DNA from: Alphaproteobacteria bacterium
GTDB lineage: Bacteria > Myxococcota_A > UBA796 > SXON01
NCBI GenBank assembly: GCA_040376425.1
Contig: JBEIQS010000002.1
Location: 60,173-124,172, forward strand
DNA length: 64,000 bases
Direction of reading: 5' to 3'
Shown here: positions 1 through 9,906 of the stretch, one piece after another
Layout of the letters: every line of letters starts with the position of its first letter
Numbering within the stretch: the first letter of the stretch is position 1
Notes under the pieces: generated by a model
Databases searched by the model: none
The model's input: only the letters and a program-made list of their open reading frames with translations
What the model was told of the DNA's origin: nothing
Translations under genes and position numbers: made by a program

Positions 1-37
1 AATAGATGATGGACCGTCCGGACGGTACACTATCCCG

Positions 38-556
38 ATGGCTGCCCCCTCCCGTCGTCTCCACCTCCTGCATGCCGCCGCCACGGTTGTGCGCCGTGCG
101 GGCGCCGAAGCGCTGACCTTGGACGCCGTCGCCACCGAAGCGGGCGTCTCCAAAGGTGGCCTGCTCTACCACTTCCCCACCAAAGAAGCGCTCATCCAGG
201 GCATGCTGGTCGCGGCCCTGGATCACTTCGAGGCGGAGCTGGCGCAGCAACCGCAGCAGGAACCCGGCGATCTCGGGCGGGCCTACCTTCGCGTCACCGC
301 CGCCGCCACTGCTGAAGACTCCACGTTGATCGCAGCGATCGCCCAGCGTCCCGAGCTCATCGAACCCATGCGGGAGCGCTACACACGCTGGACCGCCGCG
401 CTGCTGGAAGATGCACGGGACCCGGTGGAGGCCTGGGTGATGCGCCTGACGGCCGATGGCCTGTGGCTGGCCGACGCCCTGAACCTGGCCCCCCCCGATG
501 CTACGCTGCGTGCCCAGATCAACGCCTACTTTTCGGCCCCGCAGGCGAGCCGATGA
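38..556 (+). CDS. TetR/AcrR-family transcriptional regulator
   Basis: 172-aa ORF. The N-terminal HTH stretch LTLDAVATEAGVSKGGLLYHFPTKEAL is typical of the TetR family. Its stop overlaps the next start (ATGA at 553-556). Confidence 0.85.
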   Translation: MAAPSRRLHLLHAAATVVRRAGAEALTLDAVATEAGVSKGGLLYHFPTKEALIQGMLVAALDHFEAELAQQPQQEPGDLGRAYLRVTAAATAEDSTLIAAIAQRPELIEPMRERYTRWTAALLEDARDPVEAWVMRLTADGLWLADALNLAPPDATLRAQINAYFSAPQASR

Positions 557-1584
557 AGGCGCCCTGGCTGCGAAAAATGGCCTGGTTCTCGGCCTTCCTG
601 TCCTTCCCGATCTGGCTGGCTGCCTTTGTGGTTCCACCCTTTCTCCCATTGGATTTAGCAGACAAGGCCATTGCGGCAGCCGTACTGTTGGGCTTCGGAG
701 AGGTGATGTTCTGGGGTCCGGCGGTGATCCTGGGCAATCAGCTCATCAACCGGTTTCGCACTCCCAAAGTCCGCACAGGAAGTAGCTTTTCCGGGCGACG
801 GGTGGCCGTCATTGGCGCCAATGGAGGCCTGGGGGAAGCGATCGCGCGGGCACTGCATCGGGAGGGGGCGGAGCTGGTGTTGATCGGTCGGGATGCCCAC
901 CGCCTGGCGCTGTTAGGGGCGGAGCTGAAGTCAAGCTCTATCCTTGCCGATCTCTCTGTTTCGTCGCAACGGCGGGCTGCGGAAGCAGGCGGTCCGGTGG
1001 ACCATGTGGTGGTCGCCACCGGCATGGACCTGCGCAAGCGGCTGGACGCCCATCAGGATGAAGAGGTGGAGCAACAGCTGGACGTCGCACTTTTGGGGCC
1101 GATCTCCGTGGTTCGCACATGGCTGGCCCAGACCCGCAGCTCACTGCTTCTGCTGGGCGGCTTTGGAGATGGGCGGGTGGCATTGCCCTACTACACGGTG
1201 AACGTGGCCGCCCGCGCCGGGTTGGCGGGCTTTGCCCATAGCGTCAACCGGGAGCTGCGGCAGGAGGGGGACGAGCGCCGCCTGCTCTACTTCTGCCCGG
1301 CCCCGGCCACCACCGCCGCGGAGCAGCCCTACAGTGCCCTGTGGACCCGTATGGGTAGCCCACCCGTGGCACCCGAGCAGGTGGCGGATGCTGTGCTCCA
1401 ATGCCTGCTATCTGGACGCACCCCGGTGACCATGGGCTGGGGAAACCGGGCGCTGGTGGTGGCGGAGCGCCTGTCGGCCGATCTGGTGGACGTCCTGGTC
1501 CACCGGCGCCTTGGCCCTCCGTTGCAGGAGGCCTTCGGAACAAAGACCACCGCAGAATCCTCTGACAATATTTCTCCTTCTTAG
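553..1584 (+). CDS. Membrane-anchored short-chain dehydrogenase/reductase (SDR)
   Basis: Start trimmed to ATG 553 within ORF 463..1584. Hydrophobic N-terminus (FLSFPIWLAAFVVPPFL) is followed by the Rossmann motif VAVIGANGGLGEAIA. Confidence 0.7.
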   Translation: MKAPWLRKMAWFSAFLSFPIWLAAFVVPPFLPLDLADKAIAAAVLLGFGEVMFWGPAVILGNQLINRFRTPKVRTGSSFSGRRVAVIGANGGLGEAIARALHREGAELVLIGRDAHRLALLGAELKSSSILADLSVSSQRRAAEAGGPVDHVVVATGMDLRKRLDAHQDEEVEQQLDVALLGPISVVRTWLAQTRSSLLLLGGFGDGRVALPYYTVNVAARAGLAGFAHSVNRELRQEGDERRLLYFCPAPATTAAEQPYSALWTRMGSPPVAPEQVADAVLQCLLSGRTPVTMGWGNRALVVAERLSADLVDVLVHRRLGPPLQEAFGTKTTAESSDNISPS

Positions 1585-1601
1585 AGGTGAAGGACTTCTC
1601 T

Positions 1602-2150
1602 CTACACCGAATCAATCTTTTGCAGCACAACCACCTTTCGCGCCTTGCCTTCCACCGTGTAGCGTTCCACGTGGAACAGCGTGTAGCCGGGGGCGACCGG
1701 CGCCTCCTCTGTGGCCAGCATCAGCGCCAGAAAGCCCCCCGGACGAAGCAGACGCAGCCCCTCTGGAAGCAGCTCGGCAGGGGGCTTGTAGGCCCGGCTG
1801 ATTACCCCGTCGTAGCTTCCTGCAGGAAGCTCAGCGCTGTCCATGCAGTGCACCGTGGCATTCTTCAAGCCGGCCTCTGCCACCACCGTCTCCAAAAAGG
1901 TGGCACGTTTCTGCCGACGCTCCACCAGCTCCACCCGAGCCTCCGGAAAGGTGGCGGCCAGCACCACGCCCGGAAAACCTGCACCCGAGCCCAGATCGGC
2001 CCATCGTCCTGACACAGAAAGGTTTGCCACAGCCTTTTGTGAATCTTCAAAGTGCGGATCTACCGAACCTGGACCCACAAGATCCATCGCCTTCCGCCAG
2101 CGCTCCAACAGCTTCCGGTAGATCTGCAGCGGCTTGTCCATCGTGCGCAT
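1602..2150 (-). CDS. rsmG: 16S rRNA (guanine527-N7)-methyltransferase RsmG/GidB
   Basis: 182 aa. SAM motif DLGSGAGFPGVVLA followed by VELVERRQKRATFL matches the characteristic GidB layout. Confidence 0.85.
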   Translation of the reverse strand: MRTMDKPLQIYRKLLERWRKAMDLVGPGSVDPHFEDSQKAVANLSVSGRWADLGSGAGFPGVVLAATFPEARVELVERRQKRATFLETVVAEAGLKNATVHCMDSAELPAGSYDGVISRAYKPPAELLPEGLRLLRPGGFLALMLATEEAPVAPGYTLFHVERYTVEGKARKVVVLQKIDSV

Positions 2151-2178
2151 CTATCCCGCCGGGTTATAGGCCGCCCCC

Positions 2179-3582
2179 TTGGACGCTCAGTCCAGGCCCT
2201 TGACAGGTAAACAGATGCGACCGGACGAGTTTGTGGTAGTTCCCGATGGATGGCTTTCGCGGGGACAGGCTTTTGTGCGGGGCGATGGCGCGCAGTTGGT
2301 AATCCCGGGCGGGATTCCCGGAGAGCGGGTGCGCGTCCGTGTGACCTCGCGAACGCCACATCAGGTCTTCGGCAAGGTGATGGACCCCATCCTGGCCCCT
2401 CACCCGGACCGGGTGGCGCCGCCCTGCGAGCGCCTGCCCTATTGTGGGCGTTGTACCTTGATGCATCTGAACGACCGGGGCATCGACAGCGCCCAGCGCA
2501 GCATCATCGAGCTGGCCCTGCGTGAAGCGGGCGTGCAGCCCAAGCTGGAGCCCATCGTCCACAGCCACCAACAGGACAGCATCCACAACATCGAGCTGCT
2601 GGCCGGCTACTCGGACGAAGGCAGCCCGCGACTGGGCGTGACCGCCGCCAAGGGGGGACTGATCCCCATCCCGCTCTGCAACCTGGTGACCCCGGTGCTG
2701 CGCGAGATTATGAAGGTGGCAGCCCACCATATGCGCGCGCTGGAGATCCGCCCGGCCGACGGTCGCGGCGGTACGCTGCGCCGTATCCGCGCCATGCAGG
2801 TGCCGGGCAGCGAGGAAGTGATCCTGGTTCTGGGGACCGTGCGGAAAAATCCGATCCTGCGCGACTATGCCGTGGCGATGGGGGCCGCTGTTCCCCAGCT
2901 TGCGTCCGTCTATCTGCACCGGGAAGAGGACGATCCGACCGGGGACGATCTCTTCCTCACCTACGGCAAGCCGGCCATTGAATGGTCGGCGGGCTGGCTG
3001 CGTCTGAAGGTGGGCCCCAAGGACCCCATGCCGGCGCATCCCACCCTGGCGCTGAAGATGGCCGAAGACGTGGTAACGGCGTTGAACCCCCAAAAAGGTG
3101 ATGCCGTCGTGGATATCGGCGCGGGCCTGGGGCTGCGCACCATGCTGTTGGCCAAGAAGTCAGGCTGGGCTTTGGGCGTGGAGTCCTCCGAGGACGCGGT
3201 GCGGCATGCGCGCGAAAATGCTTCTGCAAATCAGGTTTCTGCCGAGTTCTTTGAAGGCCCGGTCACCGAGGCTCTGGAGAGTCCGCGCCTGGCCGGTCTG
3301 CGGCCGCTGGTCTACCTGGACGCGGAGCGCCGTGGTCTGGAGGGCGAGGTATTGACGGCGCTGGAGCAGCTCTCCCCCCGTCGGATCGCGCTGGCATGCA
3401 CCAACCCGCGCGCCCTGGCGCGGGATATCGCCCTGCTTTCGGGCAAGGGCTATGATCTTCGCCGCATTGTGTCGTATGATGTGTCGCCCTTCACCCCCTT
3501 CGTCGAGAGTGTGGCGCTGCTGGTTTCCCGCGATCTCCGCGGACCCGAGCGCCGTGCCCCTCAGCGGCGGACGGTGCGCTGA
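2179..3582 (+). CDS. TrmA/RlmD (RumA)-family RNA (uracil-5)-methyltransferase
   Basis: TRAM-like N-terminus, Cys cluster CERLPYCGRC...CNL, SAM motif VVDIGAGLGLRT, and a nucleophile-Cys region LACTNPRALARD. The start is uncertain; ATG 2215 is also possible. Confidence 0.7.
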   Translation: MDAQSRPLTGKQMRPDEFVVVPDGWLSRGQAFVRGDGAQLVIPGGIPGERVRVRVTSRTPHQVFGKVMDPILAPHPDRVAPPCERLPYCGRCTLMHLNDRGIDSAQRSIIELALREAGVQPKLEPIVHSHQQDSIHNIELLAGYSDEGSPRLGVTAAKGGLIPIPLCNLVTPVLREIMKVAAHHMRALEIRPADGRGGTLRRIRAMQVPGSEEVILVLGTVRKNPILRDYAVAMGAAVPQLASVYLHREEDDPTGDDLFLTYGKPAIEWSAGWLRLKVGPKDPMPAHPTLALKMAEDVVTALNPQKGDAVVDIGAGLGLRTMLLAKKSGWALGVESSEDAVRHARENASANQVSAEFFEGPVTEALESPRLAGLRPLVYLDAERRGLEGEVLTALEQLSPRRIALACTNPRALARDIALLSGKGYDLRRIVSYDVSPFTPFVESVALLVSRDLRGPERRAPQRRTVR

Positions 3583-3600
3583 CCCCCCTCGGAGGTTGCC

Positions 3601-5085
3601 TTGCTTCTGCTGCTGAGCTCTCTGGCCTTTGCCCTGGATGAAGATCGCGTCCGCGTGCTGGTTTCCGAGTTTCAACCTCGGAACGAGGACAGCAAGGCCC
3701 TGGCCTCCCTGGTGGAAAACTTCCTGGCTTCCCGTCTGAAAGAAAATCAGGACATCGAGCTGGTGCGCCCGGAGCAGCTCCCGCCCTTTCAGGACTATTC
3801 TGCCCGGATCTACCTGGAAGGTTGCCCTGCGGGGGACATGATCGGCTGTACCTACGTCGCCGCCGAGCGCGGCGAGGTGGAGTGGGCGATCACCGGCACC
3901 ACGCGGGTGACCCCCTCTGCCTCCAAAGTGCAGGTGGAAATCTTGGATATCCGCTCCGGTCGCGTGGTGGTCAGCTTCGAGAGCGAGCTGGAGTCCGGCC
4001 AGGACGAAAAATTCGCCGAAGCGGTGGCGGAGATGCTGTCCGACGCCATTGGCGGCTCCTTCAAGCAGAGCGACATCCGGCAGCCCGACCCGGAATCCGA
4101 AGATCCCGAAGGGGATATGCGGAAGATGTCGGACGACGCCATCGCGCAGCAGCTCGACTCCCTCTCCCAGGAGCTGGGTGACATCTCCACCGTGATCAAC
4201 CGCCCGAATACGGTGATTGAACGCCCCGACTACACGATGGACGACCTGGCCGACCAGATGCAGGGTGAAGGCACCAAGCCCTGGGAGCGGCTGAACATGT
4301 CGCCCGGCGAGTACCTGCGCTACAAAAACTCCGGGCGGACCCTGGATGCCTGGCGGCAGCTTGCGACGGGTCGGCAGGGGCAGCTCCTCATTCGGCCGAC
4401 GGTCGGTTTTGGGATTCAGCCCTCCTACAACACCTACTACGGGCGCTATGCCTATGACTCCGGGCAGGTGGTGGATGTGTACACCGCCCAAGCGGTGACC
4501 AACGGCTTTGGCGGCTACTTTACCGCCGGTGTCGCCTACGGTGTCCACCCCTCCCTGGACGTGGGCCTGGACTTCGGCATCGCCTCGGGCCGGGTGACCC
4601 GCGACTACCAGCAGCAGACGGTGGGGCAGACCATCCCCAGTCCGGAAATCTACGCCTTCCAGGGCAGCTCCTTCGTGTTCGGGCCGCGCATTGTCGGCTC
4701 CTTCATCCCCGTCAGCCCCATCCGTCCGGTGGTGGGCGGGGCGGTGCAGTTCTGGCTGGGGGATACGGTACGCAGCAAGGAAGTTCCCCCCGAAGGACTT
4801 GCCAATTTCCCTGCTCCGCTAAGCATCATCGCCGAGGTGATGGTGGGCGCCGAGCTGCGGTTGACCAAGCGCGTCGACTTCTTTGTGCATGTGCCGGTGG
4901 ATCTGACGGTAGGTGGCAGTATTTTCCAGGAAAAACGCGAGGGCAGTGCCGACGTGCTGCAAGCCGTGCAGGCACCGGCGGTAGGCAGCATGGTCAGCGG
5001 CGGTCTGCGGGCCGGCCTGCAGGTGCGGCTGTTTGGAAAGAAAGTCAAAAGCTCGATCTTGGATGAGATGGAGGAGGAACCGTGA
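3601..5085 (+). CDS. Hypothetical secreted/envelope protein
   Basis: 494-aa ORF with a TTG start 5 nt after GGAGG (3591-3595). Short hydrophobic N-terminus LLLLLSSLAFA. The C-terminal half is Gly/aromatic-rich and beta-strand-like. No family recognised. Confidence 0.5.
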   Translation: MLLLLSSLAFALDEDRVRVLVSEFQPRNEDSKALASLVENFLASRLKENQDIELVRPEQLPPFQDYSARIYLEGCPAGDMIGCTYVAAERGEVEWAITGTTRVTPSASKVQVEILDIRSGRVVVSFESELESGQDEKFAEAVAEMLSDAIGGSFKQSDIRQPDPESEDPEGDMRKMSDDAIAQQLDSLSQELGDISTVINRPNTVIERPDYTMDDLADQMQGEGTKPWERLNMSPGEYLRYKNSGRTLDAWRQLATGRQGQLLIRPTVGFGIQPSYNTYYGRYAYDSGQVVDVYTAQAVTNGFGGYFTAGVAYGVHPSLDVGLDFGIASGRVTRDYQQQTVGQTIPSPEIYAFQGSSFVFGPRIVGSFIPVSPIRPVVGGAVQFWLGDTVRSKEVPPEGLANFPAPLSIIAEVMVGAELRLTKRVDFFVHVPVDLTVGGSIFQEKREGSADVLQAVQAPAVGSMVSGGLRAGLQVRLFGKKVKSSILDEMEEEP

Positions 5086-6581
5086 GCCTGGATCGTCTGT
5101 GGAGGGACTGCACCCTCGGCTTCAGCCTGGACTGGAGCGCCTGTCCAGCCTTCTCGGATGATTCTGTAGCCTGGACTACGGCGTTTTCGGAGATGGCCGA
5201 GCTGGAGGGCGGATCCATCGCCAACCCCGACGAGGGGCGGCAGGTGGGCCACTACTGGCTGAGGACGCCAGAATTGGCGCCGGAGGGGCTGGGTGCGCAG
5301 ATTCGCGCCGTCGTCTCCACCTGCAAAAAGTTCGCCTTTGCGCTGAAGAAGGAAGGGAAATTCAAGAATGCCCTCATCCTGGGCATCGGCGGCAGCGCCC
5401 TGGGTCCGGCCTTTTTGTCCTCCGCCCTGCAGGAGCCGGAGGACTGGATGCGCCTGGTGTTCATCGACAACACCGATCCCGAGGGGATGGCGCGGGTGAT
5501 CGGTCCCTTGGACCTGGAAGAAACGCTGGTGGTCTGCATCTCCAAGAGCGGCGGCACGCCGGAGACCCGCAACGCACTCATCGAGGTCCAAGCCGCCTTC
5601 GGGGTGGCGGGGCTGCCCTTCGCCGAGCACGCCGTGGCGATCAGCCAGGAAGGAAGCCGCTTGTGGAAGGAGGCGGAGGGCTGGAAGCTGCGGCTGCCCA
5701 TGTGGGACTGGGTGGGCGGACGGACTTCGGTGACCTCGGCCGTGGGGCTGTTGCCGCTGGCGCTGCAAGGGGCCGATGTGGAGCTGTTGTTGGAGGGGGC
5801 TGCGGCCATGGACGCCGCCACCCGCATTGCCGACCTGGAGAAAAACCCGGCGGCGATCCTGGCAAGAGCCTGGTACAACCTGGGTGAGGGCCGGGGCAAG
5901 CGTGCGATGGTGGTGCTGCCCTACCGGGATCGGCTGCTGCTCTTTTCGCGCTACCTACAGCAGTTGGTGATGGAGAGCCTCGGGAAAGAGAAGGATCTGG
6001 CCGGTAATCTGGTCTACCAGGGGCTGACGGTCTACGGCAACAAAGGCAGCACCGACCAGCACGCCTATGTGCAGCAATTGCGCGACGGTCCCGACGATCA
6101 TTTCGTGACCCTGATCGGGGTGCTGGACGACGGCTTTGTGGGGGAGGACGTGGAGCCCGGCATCCATGCTGGAGACTACCTCCAGGGATTTTTGATGGGC
6201 ACCTGGCAGGCGCTGCAGCCCCGGCACCCCGTGCTGATGCTGACCATGGACAACGTGGATGCCTTCCGATTGGGGGCTTTGGTCGCACTCTATGAGCGGG
6301 CGGTGGGCCTGTACGCCTTCCGCATCGGCGTCAATGCCTACCACCAGCCGGGGGTAGAGGCGGGCAAGAAGGCGGCCACGGGAATATTGGCGGCCAAGCT
6401 GCGCCTTCGGGAAGTGCTGAGCGCCGAGCCGCAGAACGCCGCCCAGCTTGCGGCCGCCGCCCATGTGGATGCGCGCACGGCCTGGTACCTGCTGAGCCGC
6501 ATGGGGGCGATGGGCGAGCTGAAGGTGGAGCGGGGAGAGGAAGCAGCGGGTGATCGCTTCCTACGGGTAGACGCCGGCTGA
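5082..6581 (+). CDS. pgi: Glucose-6-phosphate isomerase
   Basis: Motifs GIGGSALGP and ISKSGGTPETRNA are present. GTG start overlaps the upstream stop. Confidence 0.85.
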   Translation: MSLDRLWRDCTLGFSLDWSACPAFSDDSVAWTTAFSEMAELEGGSIANPDEGRQVGHYWLRTPELAPEGLGAQIRAVVSTCKKFAFALKKEGKFKNALILGIGGSALGPAFLSSALQEPEDWMRLVFIDNTDPEGMARVIGPLDLEETLVVCISKSGGTPETRNALIEVQAAFGVAGLPFAEHAVAISQEGSRLWKEAEGWKLRLPMWDWVGGRTSVTSAVGLLPLALQGADVELLLEGAAAMDAATRIADLEKNPAAILARAWYNLGEGRGKRAMVVLPYRDRLLLFSRYLQQLVMESLGKEKDLAGNLVYQGLTVYGNKGSTDQHAYVQQLRDGPDDHFVTLIGVLDDGFVGEDVEPGIHAGDYLQGFLMGTWQALQPRHPVLMLTMDNVDAFRLGALVALYERAVGLYAFRIGVNAYHQPGVEAGKKAATGILAAKLRLREVLSAEPQNAAQLAAAAHVDARTAWYLLSRMGAMGELKVERGEEAAGDRFLRVDAG

Positions 6582-6722
6582 GTGGCCCGCGCGGCTGACG
6601 CGGTTCCGAAAAACTGCGAAATTTTCTACGCACCCCGGCGCTCTCAAACGGAAGGCCGTTCTTAGACGTTACAGCCCCAGATCTGAAGGTTCTATCCCGA
6701 TACCGGACCTGTTCGTCCGCTG

Positions 6723-8912
6723 TTGGTGACCTTGCCGCGCCCCCCCCAAGGCCATAGACCGCGCGCGCCATCTTTGGAGGATCCCCTGGCTACCCCTCGC
6801 TATGCTGCCGTCAGCGCCGCCCTGTCCCGTGGTGTCCGTACCTTCACCCGGCCTTCTGATGCCCAAGGGCGCCCTGCCCGCATCTCTGCCTATTTCGGCT
6901 CCAAGGTCTTTGGTTCCGATCGGATGCGCGAGCGCTTGCCGCCCGAAATCTTCCGCCGCTGGGTTGCCATTGTCGAGCAGGGGGCCCGCCCCGAGCGCTC
7001 CGTGGCCGATGCCATCGCCCACGCGGTGAAGGAGTGGGCGGTCGAGCAGGGGGCGACCCACTTCTGCCATTGGTTCCACCCGATGACCGGCCTCACCGCC
7101 GAAAAGCACGACTCGTTCCTGGCCTTTGATGGTACCGGTCGCGCGATCGAGAAGTTCACCGGCTCCATGCTGATCCAGTCAGAGCCGGATGCCTCTTCCT
7201 TCCCTTCCGGCGGCATGCGCTCCACCTTCGAGGCGCGCGGCTACACCTCCTGGGACCCGACCAGCCCGATGTTCCTGATGGACACGCCCAACGGTCGTAC
7301 CCTCTGCATTCCCTCGGCCTTTATCGGCTATCATGGCCAGGCTTTGGACGAGAAGGCCCCGCTGCTTCGCTCCATGGACGCCGTGAACCACGCCGCCACC
7401 AAGCTGCTTCAGCTCCTGGGCGAGCAGGGCGTCAGCCGCGTGACCCCCACCGTCGGTCCCGAGCAGGAATATTTCCTGGTGGATCGCGGCTATCTGGCCC
7501 TCCGTCCCGATCTGGCCATCGCCGGTCGCTCGGTGTTGGGCGCCCGCGCCCCGAAGGGCCAGTCCCTGGAAGATCACTACTTCGGCAGTATTCCCGCCCG
7601 CGTTCTCTCCTTCATGGAAGAGGTGGAAACCGAGCTCTACCTGCTGGGTGTCTCGGCCAAGACCCGCCACAACGAAGTGGCGCCCTCCCAGTTCGAGCTG
7701 GCCCCCATCTTCGCCGAGGCCAACCTCGCCGCAGACCACAACCAGCTGGTGATGTCCACCCTGCGCACTGTGGCCGCCCGCCACGATCTGGCGGTGCTCC
7801 TGCACGAGAAGCCCTTTGCGGGCGTGAATGGCTCGGGCAAGCACCTGAATTGGTCGATGGCCGACAACCGCGGCGTGAACCTGCTGGAGCCGGGCCACGA
7901 TCCGCACCAGAACCTGGTCTTCCTGGCCTCCATCGCGGCTGTCATGCTGGGCGTGCATCGTCATGCGGGCGTGCTCCGCGCGGCGATTGCTTCCTACGGC
8001 AATGACTTCCGCCTGGGCGCAAACGAAGCTCCTCCCGCGATCATCTCGGTCTTCCTGGGCGACACCCTCACCCAGATCGTCGAAGATGTGGCCGCCGGCA
8101 AGGTCAACAACAAGCCCACCGGTCAGGCCATGTTGGAGCTGGGCATCTCCCGCCTTCCCACCATCGCCCAGGACAACACCGATCGCAACCGTACGTCGCC
8201 CTTCGCCTTCACGGGGAACAAGTTTGAGTTCCGCGCGGTGGGTGCCTCGGCTTCTATCTCCTGGCCCGCGACCTGCCTGAACACCGCAGTGGCCGACGGT
8301 ATCGAGCTGCTCTGCCAGAAGATCGCCGAGAAAGGCGATATTATGGAGGCCGTGGCCTGGGCCTTCAACGCCTCGCGTGCGGTGCGCTTCGACGGGAACA
8401 ACTACAGCCAGGAGTGGGTGGTCGAGGCCGAAGGTCGCGGACTTCCCCACGCCCGCAACACCCCCGCCGCGTTGGACCTGCTGATCACCCCCTCGGCGAC
8501 CGAGCTGTTCACCTCGAAAAAGGTGCTGACCGAGCCCGAGCTGCACGCCCGCTACGAGGTGAAGCTGGACCAGTACAACAAGCGCGTAGAGATCGAGGTC
8601 GATCTTCTGCTTCGCCTCGTGGATGGCTCGGTGATTCCGGCGGTGGAGCGGGATCTGGCCAACGCGGGCGTGTGGCGCCGCGCGAAGCTGGAGGCGGCGT
8701 TGGGCAGCCTGATCGGCAAGCGCGAGGCCCTGGCCGAGCTGGTGGCGGATGCTCCGGCAGGCGAGCACACCAAGGCGGCATGGCTGTCCTCTACCTTGAT
8801 CCCTGCCTTCTTCGCACTTCGCGATGCGGCGGACGCGGTGGAAGAGCTGGCGGCGGACAACATCTGGCCACTGCCCAAGTACTACGAGCTGCTGTTCCTG
8901 AACGGCAACTGA
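6723..8912 (+). CDS. glnN: Glutamine synthetase type III
   Basis: About 729 aa. Long collinear resemblance to GSIII as I recall it (HWFHPMTGLTAEKHDSF, LIQSEPDASSFPSGGMRSTFEARGYT, GPEQEYFLVD). The start codon is uncertain (TTG 6723, GTG 6726 or TTG 6774). Confidence 0.85.
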   Translation: MVTLPRPPQGHRPRAPSLEDPLATPRYAAVSAALSRGVRTFTRPSDAQGRPARISAYFGSKVFGSDRMRERLPPEIFRRWVAIVEQGARPERSVADAIAHAVKEWAVEQGATHFCHWFHPMTGLTAEKHDSFLAFDGTGRAIEKFTGSMLIQSEPDASSFPSGGMRSTFEARGYTSWDPTSPMFLMDTPNGRTLCIPSAFIGYHGQALDEKAPLLRSMDAVNHAATKLLQLLGEQGVSRVTPTVGPEQEYFLVDRGYLALRPDLAIAGRSVLGARAPKGQSLEDHYFGSIPARVLSFMEEVETELYLLGVSAKTRHNEVAPSQFELAPIFAEANLAADHNQLVMSTLRTVAARHDLAVLLHEKPFAGVNGSGKHLNWSMADNRGVNLLEPGHDPHQNLVFLASIAAVMLGVHRHAGVLRAAIASYGNDFRLGANEAPPAIISVFLGDTLTQIVEDVAAGKVNNKPTGQAMLELGISRLPTIAQDNTDRNRTSPFAFTGNKFEFRAVGASASISWPATCLNTAVADGIELLCQKIAEKGDIMEAVAWAFNASRAVRFDGNNYSQEWVVEAEGRGLPHARNTPAALDLLITPSATELFTSKKVLTEPELHARYEVKLDQYNKRVEIEVDLLLRLVDGSVIPAVERDLANAGVWRRAKLEAALGSLIGKREALAELVADAPAGEHTKAAWLSSTLIPAFFALRDAADAVEELAADNIWPLPKYYELLFLNGN

Positions 8913-8960
8913 GCACATGCCGCCGGGGCGGCCCCGCGATAGAGGGCCGTCCCTGTTGAG

Positions 8961-9905
8961 GTGCCCATGCCCGCCCATACCCCAGAAGCTGCCGTTCGCG
9001 GCCCTTTGATCGCCATCGGGGGCGCCGAGGACAAGCAGAAAGAACGTCGGGTGCTCGCACGCCTTACGCAGCTTGCAGGAGGAAGCTCGGCGTGCATTGC
9101 TGTGGTGCCGACGGCATCCATGGTACCGGACGAGCTTTCTGCTGTCTACCTGCGGGTTTTCCGGGAGTTGGGCGCGGGTGATGTGCATGTGATCCATGCG
9201 ACCCGCCGCGCCGATGCGTCCGACCCGGACCAGCTTGCCCGCCTGCAGGAGTGCAGCCTGATCTTCTTCACCGGCGGCGACCAGCTTCGTCTGGTGGCGA
9301 CCCTGGGCGGCACGCCACTGGCTCAGGTCATCCGCCGCATGAATGCGCATGGGGTGCCGGTGGCGGGGACTTCGGCGGGGGCCGCGGCCATCTGCCAGCA
9401 CATGATCGGTCGGGGGCGCTCCGGCCAGGTTGCAGGCCGCCATATGGTGAGCCTCGCGCCCGGTCTGGGGCTGACCAACCGCATTGTGGTGGACCAGCAC
9501 TTTTCGCAGCGGCATCGGATGGGACGGCTGTTTTCTGCGGTGGCAATGAACCCCTTCCTGGTGGGCGTCGGCATCGACGAGGACACGGCCGCCTGTATCA
9601 ACGGGAACAACCAGCTTGAAGTCTGGGGGCGCGGCTGTGTGACCGTGGTGGACGGCTCAGAGCTGGTCTACACCGACGTCCACGAGATCGAAGGGCGGGC
9701 CCCGGCCTCGGTGCTGGGAACCAAGGTCCACGTGCTGACACCTGGTTGTACCTTTGACCTGCTGAATCGGACGGCTGAGGGACCTCCTCCTCCGCCCCCG
9801 CGCAAGCCGCCCGCGCCGCCACCGGAGCCCGAAGGCCCAGCGGCCACAGAAGCCCCGGCGGCCACAGAAGCCCCGGCGGCCCCCAAAAAGGGCGCGCGGC
9901 GCTGA
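8961..9905 (+). CDS. Cyanophycinase (peptidase S51) with Pro/Ala-rich C-terminal tail
   Basis: IAIGGAEDK..., FFTGGDQLRL and GTSAGAAAI (nucleophile Ser context) are present. The tail is PPPPPPRKPPAPPPEPEGPAATEAPAATEAPAAPKK. Confidence 0.75.
   Translation: MPMPAHTPEAAVRGPLIAIGGAEDKQKERRVLARLTQLAGGSSACIAVVPTASMVPDELSAVYLRVFRELGAGDVHVIHATRRADASDPDQLARLQECSLIFFTGGDQLRLVATLGGTPLAQVIRRMNAHGVPVAGTSAGAAAICQHMIGRGRSGQVAGRHMVSLAPGLGLTNRIVVDQHFSQRHRMGRLFSAVAMNPFLVGVGIDEDTAACINGNNQLEVWGRGCVTVVDGSELVYTDVHEIEGRAPASVLGTKVHVLTPGCTFDLLNRTAEGPPPPPPRKPPAPPPEPEGPAATEAPAATEAPAAPKKGARR
9840..9881 (+). repeat. 18-bp tandem repeat (gcggccacagaagccccg, 2.3 copies) encoding ATEAPA repeats
   Basis: Read directly at 9840-9857, 9858-9875 and a partial copy at 9876-9881, inside the cyanophycinase tail. 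Confidence 0.8.
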
Positions 9906-9906
9906 G

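Noticed and set aside
6582-6722. Possible glutamine riboswitch or sigma-54/NtrC elements upstream of glnN
   Set aside because: I see only a short AACGG-AAGG-CCGTT hairpin. I could find neither a convincing GG-N10-GC sigma-54 promoter nor the conserved glnA-RNA core by eye. There is not enough to claim either.
7179-9515. 778-aa ORF on the minus strand, antisense to glnN and the cyanophycinase gene
   Set aside because: It lies antisense to two confidently recognised genes. Its composition is Arg/Gly/Ala-rich and low-complexity, as is typical of spurious long ORFs in high-GC DNA. It has no recognisable motifs.
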